Virus record (IMG/VR): IMGVR_UViG_3300030060_006470
Strand: one strand, 5' to 3'
Length of the DNA stretch: 64,000 bases
Source: an uncultured virus (IMG/VR IMGVR_UViG_3300030060_006470)
Taxonomy: Duplodnaviria > Heunggongvirae > Uroviricota > Caudoviricetes
Part shown: positions 38,325 through 49,750 of the stretch, piece after piece
Layout of the letters: each line of letters starts with the position of its first letter
Numbering within the stretch: the stretch's first letter is position 1
Made by a program: the position numbers and the translations under genes
The notes under the pieces: generated by a model
Told to the model about the DNA's origin: nothing
Seen by the model: only the letters and a program-made list of their open reading frames with translations
Database searches by the model: none

Positions 38325-39041
38325 ATGAGCAAGATAAACGGATACATTATTTATGAGGGAGAATCACAATTAAACGGTGAAAATATTGTGGCTATTGTTA
38401 CATTAAAGTCTACAAACATTAAAACAGGTAATATGGCTTCAATGTGGATAATGAATGCTGATATACCACCAACAAAAGCTAGTAAGCTAGGTAAGGATGA
38501 AAGTGTTTGTGGCGACTGTAAGCATAGACCTATTAATAACGGTGCTTGTTATGTTACATTGCACCATGCACCCTTAGCAGTATACAAGGCATATAAGAGA
38601 GGTAACTACCCTATAACAAATGACATGACTATATTTGAGGACATGAAAGTGAGGTTTGGTGCTTATGGTGACCCTAGTGCTATACCTACTCAAATATTAG
38701 CTAGTATTAAAGCAGTAGTTAAAAACAATACTTCTTATACACACCAATGGAAACAAGGTGATAAAATACTTAAGCAAGTTTCAATGGCTTCTGTAGATAG
38801 TATTGAAGAGCAAAAGCAAGCCGTTGCAGAGGGTTGGAGAACTTTTAGAGTTACTTCTGATTTGTCCGATAAATTACCTAATGAGATAGTTTGCCCTAAC
38901 ACTACAAAAGCTATTCAATGTGCTGATTGTGGTTTATGTAGTGGTACTAGTACTAGAGCTAGAAACATAGTTATTGAGGTGCATGGAGCTAAAAAGAAAA
39001 AGTTTGTAAAACAACAAGAGTTAACTACCCAACAAGGGTAG
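38325..39041 (+). CDS. Cys-rich phage protein (DUF7227-like, putative Fe-S binding)
   Basis: NIKTG, CGDCKHR, GACYV, RFGAYGDP, YTHQW, CADCGLC, HG motifs. Confidence 0.75.
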   Translation: MSKINGYIIYEGESQLNGENIVAIVTLKSTNIKTGNMASMWIMNADIPPTKASKLGKDESVCGDCKHRPINNGACYVTLHHAPLAVYKAYKRGNYPITNDMTIFEDMKVRFGAYGDPSAIPTQILASIKAVVKNNTSYTHQWKQGDKILKQVSMASVDSIEEQKQAVAEGWRTFRVTSDLSDKLPNEIVCPNTTKAIQCADCGLCSGTSTRARNIVIEVHGAKKKKFVKQQELTTQQG

Positions 39042-39107
39042 TTAATTTATTTTAAAGAAATATTAAATAATATTTTTTTTATCCAAATAATTGTTGTATA
39101 TTGCAGT

Positions 39108-39389
39108 ATGGAAAACACAAATAGAGTATCAAACGAGGAAATAATAAGTGAATTAAAAACATTAATTGATTCTTATAGTCATTATGTACCTTATGAGGAT
39201 GATAAAGAGCAAGTTTATTCAGTAGTTGAAACTAGGGATGTTGAAAGGATAGGTGATGAAGTAAATGATTTAATTGAGAATTATAGTTATGAAATTGAAG
39301 GTAAAAAGGGATTTTATGAAACTTATGACGTGATAGAGGTTTGTGACGTTGAGGATTATATTGAAAATCTTAGTAAAAAAGTTAAATAA
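39108..39389 (+). CDS. Hypothetical protein
   Basis: Promoter plus ORF. Confidence 0.7.
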   Translation: MENTNRVSNEEIISELKTLIDSYSHYVPYEDDKEQVYSVVETRDVERIGDEVNDLIENYSYEIEGKKGFYETYDVIEVCDVEDYIENLSKKVK

Positions 39390-39447
39390 AATTAGGAATA
39401 ACCAAATAAAGGTTGTATATTGCAGTATCACTAAAAAACACATAGAC

Positions 39448-39690
39448 ATGAAAAACGAAGCACTTAAAATTTACTTAGAAACTACTCATAAGAATTACCT
39501 TAATATGGCTAATGAGTCTCTTTGGTGTATTGATAATGAACCTATTGAGAATAAAGTTATGAGAGATTTTTTCTTAAAAAAGGCAACACAATACACTAAT
39601 AAAGCTGAAGCTATTTTGAAGGTAATTGAATTTGTATCTGAGGAGGATAAAAAAGAACGTGAAGTAAAAAAAATTACCGATAAATTTTGA
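39448..39690 (+). CDS. Hypothetical protein
   Basis: Start MKNEAL after the promoter; ends VKKITDKF. Confidence 0.7.
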   Translation: MKNEALKIYLETTHKNYLNMANESLWCIDNEPIENKVMRDFFLKKATQYTNKAEAILKVIEFVSEEDKKEREVKKITDKF

Positions 39691-39744
39691 ATAACCAAAT
39701 AAAGGTTGTATATTTACATAAGTTAAACATTAAAACACAAGACA

Positions 39745-40089
39745 ATGGCAGAAGTTTATTCAGTATTAGATTCGGTAACATTACCTAAATTTCCTCAACC
39801 TTATAACCATGAGGAATACCAAAAAAATAAGGACAAATATATAGCTGACCTAAAAAAAGAATTAAAGTCAATGGGTTATAAGGGTAAAAACTTTGGAGAG
39901 ATTATAATGTTTCCTGTTGCAGATGGTAACGCACTATATATGGTAGTAAGTATGCGACCATTAAAATTAATGCACCTACCTTTAGGTGATGCGTGGGATT
40001 TCCAATACGCTCATTTATTAACCGCTAAGGAAGTTAATGAAAAGATTGAGGGACAAAAAGCGTGGGAGAAAGTATTTAGTAAAGATTAA
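39745..40089 (+). CDS. Conserved phage hypothetical protein
   Basis: GEII.FPVADG.A.YMV...HLPLGDAW. Confidence 0.75.
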   Translation: MAEVYSVLDSVTLPKFPQPYNHEEYQKNKDKYIADLKKELKSMGYKGKNFGEIIMFPVADGNALYMVVSMRPLKLMHLPLGDAWDFQYAHLLTAKEVNEKIEGQKAWEKVFSKD

Positions 40090-40103
40090 AGTTATAATTT
40101 CAT

Positions 40104-40133
40104 AACCCTGGCATTAACTTGCTAGGGTTTTTT
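40104..40133 (+). terminator. Rho-independent terminator
   Basis: AACCCTGGCA/TGCTAGGGTT stem plus T run. Confidence 0.75.
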
Positions 40134-40158
40134 GTTTTATATACTTAAAAAAATATAA

Positions 40159-40224
40159 TGTAGGTCGGAGTCCACCCTCTTAGATACTTTCGATATCTGA
40201 CCCGTTTCGCTCTCGCACCAACAA
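40159..40224 (-). ncRNA. Small structured RNA, copy 2
   Basis: Own minus-strand promoter (40227-40258); GTTGGTGCGAGAGCGAAACGGGTC...GACTCCGAC. Confidence 0.65.
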
Positions 40225-40871
40225 TGTAAATATAAGAAACTTATTCCAGTCCACCAAATAAAAATGCATTTATTTTTTATTTAAAATAAATTACTTTTTT
40301 CTTGCATAATCAATTATATTATTTTATATTTACATTATAATCATTTAAATTATTAGTTATGCAATTAGGAGGAAAACCACAAACAATAACATTGAAAGTA
40401 GATTTAACAAGGTATAATTCTGCGTGTAAGGAAGGTGCAATAGGAACAACTGTACCAAATTATAAAGTAGGGTTTTATGGTTCATATGACCATTTTGTAG
40501 CAGTTAAATTTGAAAATGGGGCAATATTGGATATAGCATATAATAGTCTAGAAATTATTAAAGAAAAATAAGACACTTTTTTCTTGCATAATCAATTATA
40601 TTATTTTATATTTACATTATGGAAAGACATAGAGATTATATTGAAATGACCTTTGTATGGAATGACAAAAGAAGAAAGAAATCAGTAAGATTTCTGGAGT
40701 TAAAAGAAACGAGATTAATTAATCAATTTTACAATCATGAAGAACATGATTGCATTGAGATTAGAATTAAAACTCATTTTGGAACAAGAGAGCAATTTGA
40801 TGAAATTAATTTTGGATAATACAAAATAATATATTATATTTACATAAGTTAAACATTAAAACTTATATAAA

Positions 40872-41210
40872 ATGAAACCACAAAATACTGAATCACCGTT
40901 ACAGGATATCGTAGATAAAATGTTCATGAGAATAAAACAAATTGATGTAACGACTAAGAAATTATCGGACGTCATACAATTCGCTGTGGAATTAAGAGAT
41001 AGCTTAATGGAGGACGTTGATACATTACCTGAACACCAATGGTGGGTGGATAAACATAAGAAAGACTTCATTGAAATAATTGTCAGAGCCAATCATAAGG
41101 CACAAACAATATTAATGCCAGATATGAATCACGGTGATGTAGAAGAACGGGTAAACAAAGCACTTCATAACCATTTTATTATAGAAGATGTTGGTAAAAG
41201 ATTTGTATAA
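40872..41210 (+). CDS. Hypothetical protein
   Basis: Promoter plus ORF. Confidence 0.7.
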   Translation: MKPQNTESPLQDIVDKMFMRIKQIDVTTKKLSDVIQFAVELRDSLMEDVDTLPEHQWWVDKHKKDFIEIIVRANHKAQTILMPDMNHGDVEERVNKALHNHFIIEDVGKRFV

Positions 41211-41489
41211 TACAAAATAATATATTATATTTACATAAGTTAAACATTAAAACACAAGACAATGGCAAAATGGAATATATTAAGTCCCGATGGATTCGAA
41301 ATCAGTAGAGAAGATTTCAAGACTAAAAAAGAAGCATTATCTTATTTCGATAAATGGAAAAATGCATTTAAGCGTCAAGGTTATTATTCTTCAAATAGAG
41401 GTAGAATTAACTTGGAAGAATTAGACGATTGTTGTAGAATAATTAAAGTATAATTTTTTATTTTAAATATTATTTCTTATATTAGCATT

Positions 41490-41897
41490 ATGAAAGATTT
41501 AACAGTAGACGAAAAAGTAGAATTGGCAATTAAGAGAGTTAACCATATTCTTGCACACGAGTCCGATACAATTATCAATGTTGAGCCAAGTGGAGATGGT
41601 ACAATTATTTTTATATTAAGTAATGGTATGAATTTTCAATTAACAAGTGGTGAAATGGAATATAGGGCAGAAGAACAACTTTTAGAAGAACGTACAAAAT
41701 CAATAGATGATGCGATTGATGATATTACTAACCATTACATTAAATTGGTAGTAAGTGATGTAGAAATAGGTGATTTGTCATTATTAAGGGATTTTATTGT
41801 AGGTGATAATATGCCTAAGTTATGTAACCAAAGTATTGAAGAATTGGAAAATGAATACTTTGAATTATTTAAGATAAAGGTTAAAATTGTTGCTTAA
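41490..41897 (+). CDS. Hypothetical protein
   Basis: Promoter plus ORF. Confidence 0.7.
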   Translation: MKDLTVDEKVELAIKRVNHILAHESDTIINVEPSGDGTIIFILSNGMNFQLTSGEMEYRAEEQLLEERTKSIDDAIDDITNHYIKLVVSDVEIGDLSLLRDFIVGDNMPKLCNQSIEELENEYFELFKIKVKIVA

Positions 41898-42295
41898 TTA
41901 TTTTTTATATTAAATATTATTTCTTATATTAGCATTATGAGTAAGGAGTTTTGGATATAGCTTGTGTTATATACTTTTTATTAACAGATAAATTTGATTA
42001 AAAATGTATAAAGATATTCTAAAAAAAGCAGGGATTAAAGGGGTTAAATCTTACAAAAAGATATACGGAACAAAAGAAAATATGTTTGCAAAAACACATT
42101 CAGGACAACCCGACTCATCTTGGTATTGCGAAATAAAAGACAATGGTAAGATTATAGTAAATACTAAATATTACGATTATCCAAAATCAGTTATTGAATA
42201 CAATAATTGCAACGAAAAGCAAAATTAAACTGTTATTTTATTTGGTAGTCTGAATATTATTTCGTATATTGTAGTATAATTAAAAACATTAAGAT

Positions 42296-42604
42296 ATGGC
42301 AAAAAAAACAAAAACTTGGAAGATAGGAGAATACGCTAAGGGTGGTGTAATTACGGTAGAGATACAAGGAAAGGTAATTACTGTAATTGGTAAGAATTGG
42401 GATATGTCGCAAGGTACAAGGAAAGGTAGTAACCAAAGTAACGCAAAAGAATTTACTAGGTGTACAACTTTAGCTACCGATTCAAAAGTACGTAGACATT
42501 TGAGTAACTTCTTAAACGACTTAACAACTTCTTATTATTCAGATAAAATAATTAAGTGGATTGAAAGTAAAGTTGAATTAAGTGGTCATAGATTTTTTTG
42601 GTAG
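42296..42604 (+). CDS. Hypothetical protein
   Basis: Promoter plus ORF. Confidence 0.7.
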   Translation: MAKKTKTWKIGEYAKGGVITVEIQGKVITVIGKNWDMSQGTRKGSNQSNAKEFTRCTTLATDSKVRRHLSNFLNDLTTSYYSDKIIKWIESKVELSGHRFFW

Positions 42605-42646
42605 TCTAAATATTATTTACTATATTAGCATTATAAACATTAAGAC

Positions 42647-42904
42647 ATGGAAAGTTTTTTAGAAAAATTAAAAATACTACCAGCTGAGGTAACTGATAGT
42701 TACGGTAACGTATATAGCTTAGATATTACTAAGGGTGCTGACTATAATGATTGGATAGTTTCTTATATCAATGAATACGCCTATACAACTTTAGTAGATA
42801 AAAATGATAGACATAATAAATGTAGTCATTTTGCTATTGAACTAGAAGTTGCAGTTGATAAAACTTTAAATTGGCTTAAAAGTAAAGAATATTTGGTAGT
42901 CTGA
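42647..42904 (+). CDS. Hypothetical protein
   Basis: Promoter plus ORF. Confidence 0.7.
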   Translation: MESFLEKLKILPAEVTDSYGNVYSLDITKGADYNDWIVSYINEYAYTTLVDKNDRHNKCSHFAIELEVAVDKTLNWLKSKEYLVV

Positions 42905-43385
42905 ATATTATTCCTTATATTTACATTATGTGTAAAAGAGTTATACAAAGTGGATTAGATACATACAAATTTTCAAATAGTATAAGTGGAGATGTTGGTA
43001 TGTTAATAGAAAAGAATGGTGAAGAATTAGGTGTTTATCCTCATTTTGAGTATGGTGAAAATTTAGATGGAGATTACCTGATGGAATTAGCCTTAGAGTT
43101 TGAGCAAGATTATGATTGATTTAATTATGGTAGCAAATAGCATACAACAATACAATAAATGGAAAGCATGGGAACGTGGAGAGGTTAAGAATAAAGATAT
43201 GTTTATTTTAGCTCAAACATATTGGAATGAGATAACTGCTATGCTCAACAGAATGGGAAAGGGTAAAAATGACTTTACTGATGACCAAATTTTTAAAATG
43301 GTAGCTGAAAGTATAGAATTCCCAATATAATTTGGTAGACTGAATATTATTTCTTATATTTACATTATCATTAAAACATTAAGAC

Positions 43386-43640
43386 ATGGATAAGCAATTA
43401 CTAAAAGCAATTAATAACAGAGATTTTGAACATTCAATAGATGATGACTTTGAAAATACTTCTGTATATAAAATTCAAGGTGATGAAAGTTATTTACTGT
43501 TTTGGAATAGTTCAAACGGTGAAGAACCCGAATACAGATATGCATTACCATTAATACTTGAATCTATAATAGATGAATTGGATTGGGGTACTATTAATGA
43601 TGGATTTAATGAAATAATGTTTGAAGTTAAATATAATTAA
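43386..43640 (+). CDS. Hypothetical protein
   Basis: Promoter plus ORF. Confidence 0.7.
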   Translation: MDKQLLKAINNRDFEHSIDDDFENTSVYKIQGDESYLLFWNSSNGEEPEYRYALPLILESIIDELDWGTINDGFNEIMFEVKYN

Positions 43641-43872
43641 TTATGACATTTTCAAAAATTCTATCTTACCTATTCTACGGTTTTTTGATATGTGCTATTC
43701 TAGTACCGTACGAATACAGATTACTAGATATTAAATTAACAATTCCATTTAGTGAGTACACGATTGGATTAATTTTATTACTCATATTAAAATACTTAAA
43801 AAAATAGGATAATATTTGTTATATTAAATAATATTTCTTATATTTACACTATAACATTAAAACATTAACATT

Positions 43873-44205
43873 ATGGGAGCAGACATTTTTTATAACAGAA
43901 CAAAAGGGACAAGCCCAAGAGAGGCATTTCAACAAGAGCGTGAACACGCTTGTTACGAACACGGGCACGGTGGTTACACGGGCACTATTGCTGAAAAAGA
44001 TGGTTACTCTATGTCAAGGAAACCAAAAGATATTGACGCTGATAAGTGGATTGAAATGGTTGAAGACTTTGATGAAGATGATACAAGTCAAGAGCATTAT
44101 AGAGCATTAAAAAAGGATTTCGAAATTTACGATGATAAATGGGAAGACGCATTATGTGTGCCAACAGATGATGGTTTTATATTCTGTGGTTGGGCAAGTA
44201 GTTAA
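43873..44205 (+). CDS. Conserved phage hypothetical protein
   Basis: MGA...GHGGYTGTIAEK...DKW...GWASS. Confidence 0.8.
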   Translation: MGADIFYNRTKGTSPREAFQQEREHACYEHGHGGYTGTIAEKDGYSMSRKPKDIDADKWIEMVEDFDEDDTSQEHYRALKKDFEIYDDKWEDALCVPTDDGFIFCGWASS

Positions 44206-44280
44206 AATAAATATAGGATAACATTTGGATATGTCAGATGTTATCCTTATCTTTACACTATAACATTAAAACACTAAGAC

Positions 44281-44547
44281 ATGAGCGACAAGTTTATAGA
44301 AATAAGAGTAAAAGGGAAGGGTAAAAAAACTAAAAGAGCAACCATTGACGTTACATACGGAGATGCATTTGCTAAAGAAAAAATAAAAGAGATGGGAGAT
44401 ACCTTAACTTTCATAAATAGTATAAACAATTGTGATGATGAGTATATTATTACAGTTAGTTTTTTTGTTTATAATAACATATCCAATACTTTTATGGAAA
44501 TGTTTTCTTACTATGCTAATGAAAAAAAATTAGTAGTTCTTACATAA
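44281..44547 (+). CDS. Hypothetical protein
   Basis: Promoter plus ORF. Confidence 0.65.
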   Translation: MSDKFIEIRVKGKGKKTKRATIDVTYGDAFAKEKIKEMGDTLTFINSINNCDDEYIITVSFFVYNNISNTFMEMFSYYANEKKLVVLT

Positions 44548-44606
44548 ATAATTTGCATAATACAAAATAATATATTATCTTTATTAGGTCATTAAAATTA
44601 AACATT

Positions 44607-44897
44607 ATGGAAAAGAAATACTTTACTAATATCGAAGAATTAAAGAAACAATGTATTGAGATTAAGGAGACTAATAACCCAGTAGAAGTTGTTGAGTTAT
44701 GGAAACCTTGTTATCTTAATGAACGAGAGAGAAGGAACCCTAGAGAGACATCTATTGAGGTTTTAAGACTTGATGGGTATTGGGATAAGATTTATTTTAA
44801 GTTAGGTGATGAAGAATTAGCTAAAAGTGTTTATAATGAGTTAGAAGTATTCAACAGACCAATAACACCATTAGAAAAATTTCACGCATCTTTTTAA
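44607..44897 (+). CDS. Hypothetical protein
   Basis: Promoter plus ORF. Confidence 0.7.
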   Translation: MEKKYFTNIEELKKQCIEIKETNNPVEVVELWKPCYLNERERRNPRETSIEVLRLDGYWDKIYFKLGDEELAKSVYNELEVFNRPITPLEKFHASF

Positions 44898-44959
44898 AAA
44901 AGATTTGCAAGATTAAATATTATTTCTTATATTTACACTATAACATTAAAACACTATAA

Positions 44960-45307
44960 ATGGGAACTTACGTACACATTACTAACAGAAGACTTACAAG
45001 AAATGTAGAACTAAATGGTCAAACAGTTAAAGTTGATTTCGCACCATTCAGTCATAAACCATCTGGTTACTATGATAACCCACCTGAAATTGAAAAAAAG
45101 ATGGAACGTGCTTGGAATGTCCCAAAAGATAAACATGCTGACTATATTGTATTTGGTGAAGTTGAAGAAGGTTGCCAAGTTTATAAAAGTAATAAGGAAG
45201 GAATTTGGTCTGATGGTTCAGGTTTTTGGACTGGATTACATTGGGAGAAGGACTGTGTGGGTACACTAAAAAAGTACAGAAAAAAATGGTATATAAAGCC
45301 AAGATAA
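44960..45307 (+). CDS. Hypothetical protein
   Basis: Promoter plus ORF. Confidence 0.7.
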   Translation: MGTYVHITNRRLTRNVELNGQTVKVDFAPFSHKPSGYYDNPPEIEKKMERAWNVPKDKHADYIVFGEVEEGCQVYKSNKEGIWSDGSGFWTGLHWEKDCVGTLKKYRKKWYIKPR

Positions 45308-45365
45308 TTTGGTGGAATGAAATAAATTTCTTATATTAGTATTCTAAACATTAAAACTTTATATT

Positions 45366-45674
45366 ATGGACGCAAAGGAATTGACAAGTGAGATTACAAA
45401 TTACCTAAACACTTACGGTGATAAGTCAGTTGAGTTTAACGAAGCTATGTCAAGAGAGCATAGAACACTTCAACAAAACTTTACTAGATTATGTTTAGCT
45501 TGGATTGAACATTGTGCTAGTGATGATTATAGAACTGATGGGCGTAATGAAGCTAGTCAGAACACTGCTAAGGCTATTTTAAAAGGTTTTGAAATGGTCC
45601 AAAAAGAGAATGGGTGGACAGGTCATACATTAGAATTTATGAGTAAATTGTCAGGACATTTACCATTTGTATAA
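45366..45674 (+). CDS. Conserved phage hypothetical protein
   Basis: HRTLQQNF...DGRNEAS. Confidence 0.75.
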   Translation: MDAKELTSEITNYLNTYGDKSVEFNEAMSREHRTLQQNFTRLCLAWIEHCASDDYRTDGRNEASQNTAKAILKGFEMVQKENGWTGHTLEFMSKLSGHLPFV

Positions 45675-46040
45675 AAGAAATATAGGATAACATTTGGATA
45701 TGTCAGATGTTATCCTTATCTTTAACTATAACCAATAAGACATATATTATGTTTAAAAATATTTCAAATTCTAGTGATTACCCTAAGACATTAATAATTA
45801 GAAACACTGAGGGTGGAATGATATGGCAAGTATACCATATTAAAGAATTTTATGAAGCTGATAGGTTGTCATTTAATGCAACCAAAAATGGATTTGAAGC
45901 TTGTACTCTAGAAGATTATAAGGGTCAATATGAAGAAACGTTTCCCGATTGGAGAAAAGAATGTGATTGGGTTAAATAATATTTGGTAGAATGAAATAAT
46001 TTTATTATATTTACACTATAACATTAAAACACTATATATT

Positions 46041-46691
46041 ATGGGACACTATTATAAGCCAATATTTTTAACTGAAAATGATAAACCAATAACCTATGTT
46101 AGTTGTTATGACTTTGGGAGTGGTGCTAAATTAATGGAACACTCTTGGATGTTAAACCCATTTGTTAGGTTTGTTGAAAACCAATTAATGATACAACCAC
46201 AAAAAATAGTATGGGCAGGTGATTATGCAGATAATGAAAACCCCGATACAATTACTAAAAAGGAGATAAAAGCTTTAAGTAATGAAGATAGCAAATATTG
46301 GAACTCTGAAAAGTTAACAAAAGAGGGTGTTAATTTATATTCACTTTCTGAAACTGTTGGAAAACTTTCTCACGATGAAGATATTCCAAAAAATAAAGAT
46401 GTGCATTCATATACATTTAAGAAGGTAGCACCAACAAATGTTAAGTATTTGGTAAACTACGATAAAAAGGAGTTTGTTAATAAGGGTAAAGTACCTAAAG
46501 ATAATGACGGTTGGAGAATACACCCATTACCATTGTTGACTTGTGAAGGTAACAATAGAGGTGGTGGTGATTTCAGAGGTGATGAAAAAGATTTAGTTGG
46601 TAGGTGGGCAAGAAATAAAATAGGGCTTGTAAGCAAGAAAGCTGATATACCAAAAGATTTTAAAGAAATTACTTTTGATTTGGTAGAATGA
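46041..46691 (+). CDS. Conserved phage hypothetical protein
   Basis: GAKLMEHSW, WAGDYAD, IHPLPLLTCEGNNRGGGDF. Confidence 0.8.
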   Translation: MGHYYKPIFLTENDKPITYVSCYDFGSGAKLMEHSWMLNPFVRFVENQLMIQPQKIVWAGDYADNENPDTITKKEIKALSNEDSKYWNSEKLTKEGVNLYSLSETVGKLSHDEDIPKNKDVHSYTFKKVAPTNVKYLVNYDKKEFVNKGKVPKDNDGWRIHPLPLLTCEGNNRGGGDFRGDEKDLVGRWARNKIGLVSKKADIPKDFKEITFDLVE

Positions 46692-46734
46692 AATATTTTT
46701 ATTATCTTTAACTATAACATTAAAACATAAAGAG

Positions 46735-47064
46735 ATGACGAAAGATTTTGTAGATTTTTTAATTGATAAGCATTCTGTTTTTATTATTACAGATTATGAA
46801 AGAGTACTTGAATGTGATGTCTTCATACAACATTGGTCAACTAGTGATGGTGATGTATATGTAAGGACAAATAATAGAGGTGCTTTATATTTCGGTGATG
46901 GTGATGATATAGCAGTATATGAAAGTGGAATAACTGATTTAATTGCTGACACTATTACTAATGTGGATGGTAAGATATATGTTGAGGAGGAGGAATGGTT
47001 GGATAGTATAGAAGAAAACTTTGAAAACGAATTCAACGAATGGAAAGTTGATGTTTTGTCTTAA
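46735..47064 (+). CDS. Acidic hypothetical protein
   Basis: Promoter plus ORF. Confidence 0.7.
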   Translation: MTKDFVDFLIDKHSVFIITDYERVLECDVFIQHWSTSDGDVYVRTNNRGALYFGDGDDIAVYESGITDLIADTITNVDGKIYVEEEEWLDSIEENFENEFNEWKVDVLS

Positions 47065-47153
47065 ATGATTTAATTACCGATAGATTAGAACATGGAAGAT
47101 TTTATGTCTATGTTTTAATGTGATGGCCCAGGTGTAGTGACCTTGGCCGTGTG

Positions 47154-47182
47154 GGGACAACTGTAGGAGTTGTCCCTTTTTT
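47154..47182 (+). terminator. Rho-independent terminator
   Basis: GGGACAACT/AGTTGTCCC stem plus T run. Confidence 0.75.
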
Positions 47183-47472
47183 ATTTAGACACATTTGTGT
47201 ATATACGTGCGCGAGTGCGGGTAAATTAAAATTAAATTTGCAATATACAAATATTTTCATTATATTTTAGTTATGGAGAAAGAGAAAGAAATGTCAGTGA
47301 GAGAGTTAATATCAGTTAGGAATGATATCTTATTTAAGATAGCAGTTAGTAGTAATGCTGAAGAAACTAAAGATTTAAATAATGAATTAAAGGTTATTGA
47401 TAACAAAATTCATAGTAATATAAATGTATAAAAATATTTGCATAATACAAAATATTATTTTATATTTACATT

Positions 47473-47742
47473 ATGGCAAAGACAAAGTATTACTACATCT
47501 GGATTGAAGGTTTCAGTCCTAGAAATGGAGAGTTGGTTAAGAGTTTAACTGACTATGGTTATGACGTTACTAATAAGATAACTGAAGCATTAAGAGTTAA
47601 GCAAGAAGATATACATATAATCACAGCTTATTTAAAAAGACATGGAGTTGCTGATTGGGTACTAGATAACCCTGAAACATTCGTTAGAACTAATTATGTC
47701 CCAAGTGGGACATTATTAAATTTAAAAAAAGTTCACATTTAA
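47473..47742 (+). CDS. Hypothetical protein
   Basis: Promoter plus ORF. Confidence 0.7.
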   Translation: MAKTKYYYIWIEGFSPRNGELVKSLTDYGYDVTNKITEALRVKQEDIHIITAYLKRHGVADWVLDNPETFVRTNYVPSGTLLNLKKVHI

Positions 47743-47801
47743 TTTGGTAGTTAGGAAATATTGTTTTATATTTACATTGTAATCATTAAAACAGATAAAC
47801 A

Positions 47802-48080
47802 ATGGCACACACTAGAAGATTTAACAGACACGAAAACATGAATGGGGTAACAAGAGCAGTTATCTTACACCTTATTAAAGTAAATGTTGGTGGTAATTTT
47901 GAAATTACAAATATGTTATACGGTTTATTCGATGGGTATGACTACGCTGATGCTATTAAGGAGGAAGTTAAAAATACGACTAAAGGGGATTTTATTGATT
48001 GGTCAGAACAGGATTTTAGATTCCTTGATGCAGTTTGTAATGAGGTTAAGAAATACCCCGAAGGTATAACGGCAGTTTAA
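47802..48080 (+). CDS. Hypothetical protein
   Basis: Promoter plus ORF. Confidence 0.7.
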   Translation: MAHTRRFNRHENMNGVTRAVILHLIKVNVGGNFEITNMLYGLFDGYDYADAIKEEVKNTTKGDFIDWSEQDFRFLDAVCNEVKKYPEGITAV

Positions 48081-48165
48081 AAAAAGTTTGAAATTCATAC
48101 CACTATTATTTGGTGGTATGGTTTCTTTTTCTTATATTTACATAAATCATTAAAACAGATATATT

Positions 48166-48765
48166 ATGAGTTACGTAATTAAAGAGTCAAAAGTAGGAAA
48201 CGAAACAGTTAAGATAGTTCAAGATTATGATGTTGAAACACCAAGAAATTGGTGCAACCTTTCTAAAATGATATTCACTGGTGGACACAGACATTTAGGG
48301 GATAAGCACGAAGTAAACTTTGACTACCCATTTAATTCAAGGCAAGAGTTTATTACGTGGGGAGAAGAAATAGTTAGGAAGCATTTTAAGGACGTTGCAG
48401 TGTGTTATGCAGTACATATGTATAAACATAGTGGGGAAAGTATTTCAATAGATTATAGTGGACAATATACTTGTAGATGGGATTCAGGTACTATTGGGTT
48501 TGCTATTGTTACAAAGGAAGATATTAGAAAAGAATATAATATTAAAAGAGTTACCAAAAAGTATATTGATAAGTGTGAAAATATTGTTAGGGGAGAAATA
48601 GAAACTCTTAACCAATATATTTCGGGAGAAGTATATGGCTACGTTGTAGAAGATGAAGATGAAAATGTAATTGATAGTTGTTATGGTTTCTTTGGGGACG
48701 ATATTGAAAAGAATGGTATTTCAGATTATTTAGAAGAAAAGTATGTAAAAGCTTTGGTAGATTAA
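48166..48765 (+). CDS. Conserved phage hypothetical protein
   Basis: PRNWCNL, YKHSG, WDSGTIG, GEVYGY, DSCYGFFG. Confidence 0.8.
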   Translation: MSYVIKESKVGNETVKIVQDYDVETPRNWCNLSKMIFTGGHRHLGDKHEVNFDYPFNSRQEFITWGEEIVRKHFKDVAVCYAVHMYKHSGESISIDYSGQYTCRWDSGTIGFAIVTKEDIRKEYNIKRVTKKYIDKCENIVRGEIETLNQYISGEVYGYVVEDEDENVIDSCYGFFGDDIEKNGISDYLEEKYVKALVD

Positions 48766-49021
48766 ATATTATTTACTATATTAGTATTATGAACTGGTTA
48801 AAGAACAAAATAAAGAATCACTTAGATTTTACAAATGGTAAGGGGGTTTCTATACATAGAGATTACAAAAGGAATATAGTTGTGGTAGATTACTTAGGTG
48901 GTGCTACTGTAAAATACAACTACAATGGAAAGTGGTTGTGTGGATAAATAAAGTTATAATATAATTTGGTAGATTAAATATTATTTATTATATTTACATA
49001 AATCATTAAAACACTAGAGAA

Positions 49022-49309
49022 GTGAAACTGTTGACGACAAATAGAATGAGGGAAATTATTACTGATTTCATAGATAATTGTGAATGTGAAGAAGTAAAAA
49101 GTTTTGGGTTTGACGAGTCTTTTTGGGAAACTACTTATGATTGTGAAGAAACTTGGGAAGATGACGATTCAGAAGTAATGAAAACAAATCTAATTGATAA
49201 TTACCTTTACCAATTTGGGTATCACTCGATAGCAAAATACGAGGAAAACAAAAACATTCTTAGTAAAGAAGAATTAATAGCTAATTATTTTAAAAGAAAT
49301 ATTAAATAA
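49022..49309 (+). CDS. Hypothetical protein
   Basis: Promoter plus ORF; start codon uncertain. Confidence 0.6.
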   Translation: MKLLTTNRMREIITDFIDNCECEEVKSFGFDESFWETTYDCEETWEDDDSEVMKTNLIDNYLYQFGYHSIAKYEENKNILSKEELIANYFKRNIK

Positions 49310-49504
49310 TATTTGCAATAACCAAATAAGTTTCTTATATTTACATTGTAAACATTAAAACACTAGAAAAATGAAAGCATTTATTTTAAAAAACACAGAA
49401 GAGATTATTGCGGGAACAGTATTAACTCTTTTAGTTGGAGTTATAGTATTTAACATTATTACTTATGGTATTTATGATACCTCAAGTTTTGAATTCTAAA
49501 TAAA

Positions 49505-49746
49505 AAACTCTCCAAGCTAATGGATGAGCAAGTGAAAAACAAGGTCGGCTCTTTGAGCTAAAGTCACAACACTACCATTTTTAGAGTAATAGGACAATAA
49601 GGATGAATAAATCGGCAATCCTCCCCTATTATAATGGTTCCAAGAGTGTTAGCTTTGAAGTTAGATACTTTACAGGACAAGCTCTGCATTCCTTAACCAT
49701 AGGAAGTATTTATGCGAGTATTCCACTTGGAGGACTTGGAGAGTTT
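49505..49746 (+). ncRNA. Unknown structured RNA family, copy 3
   Basis: Same closing stem and blocks as 6901/7907; ~70-nt insertion between AACACT and AGTGTT. Confidence 0.75.
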
Positions 49747-49750
49747 TTAT

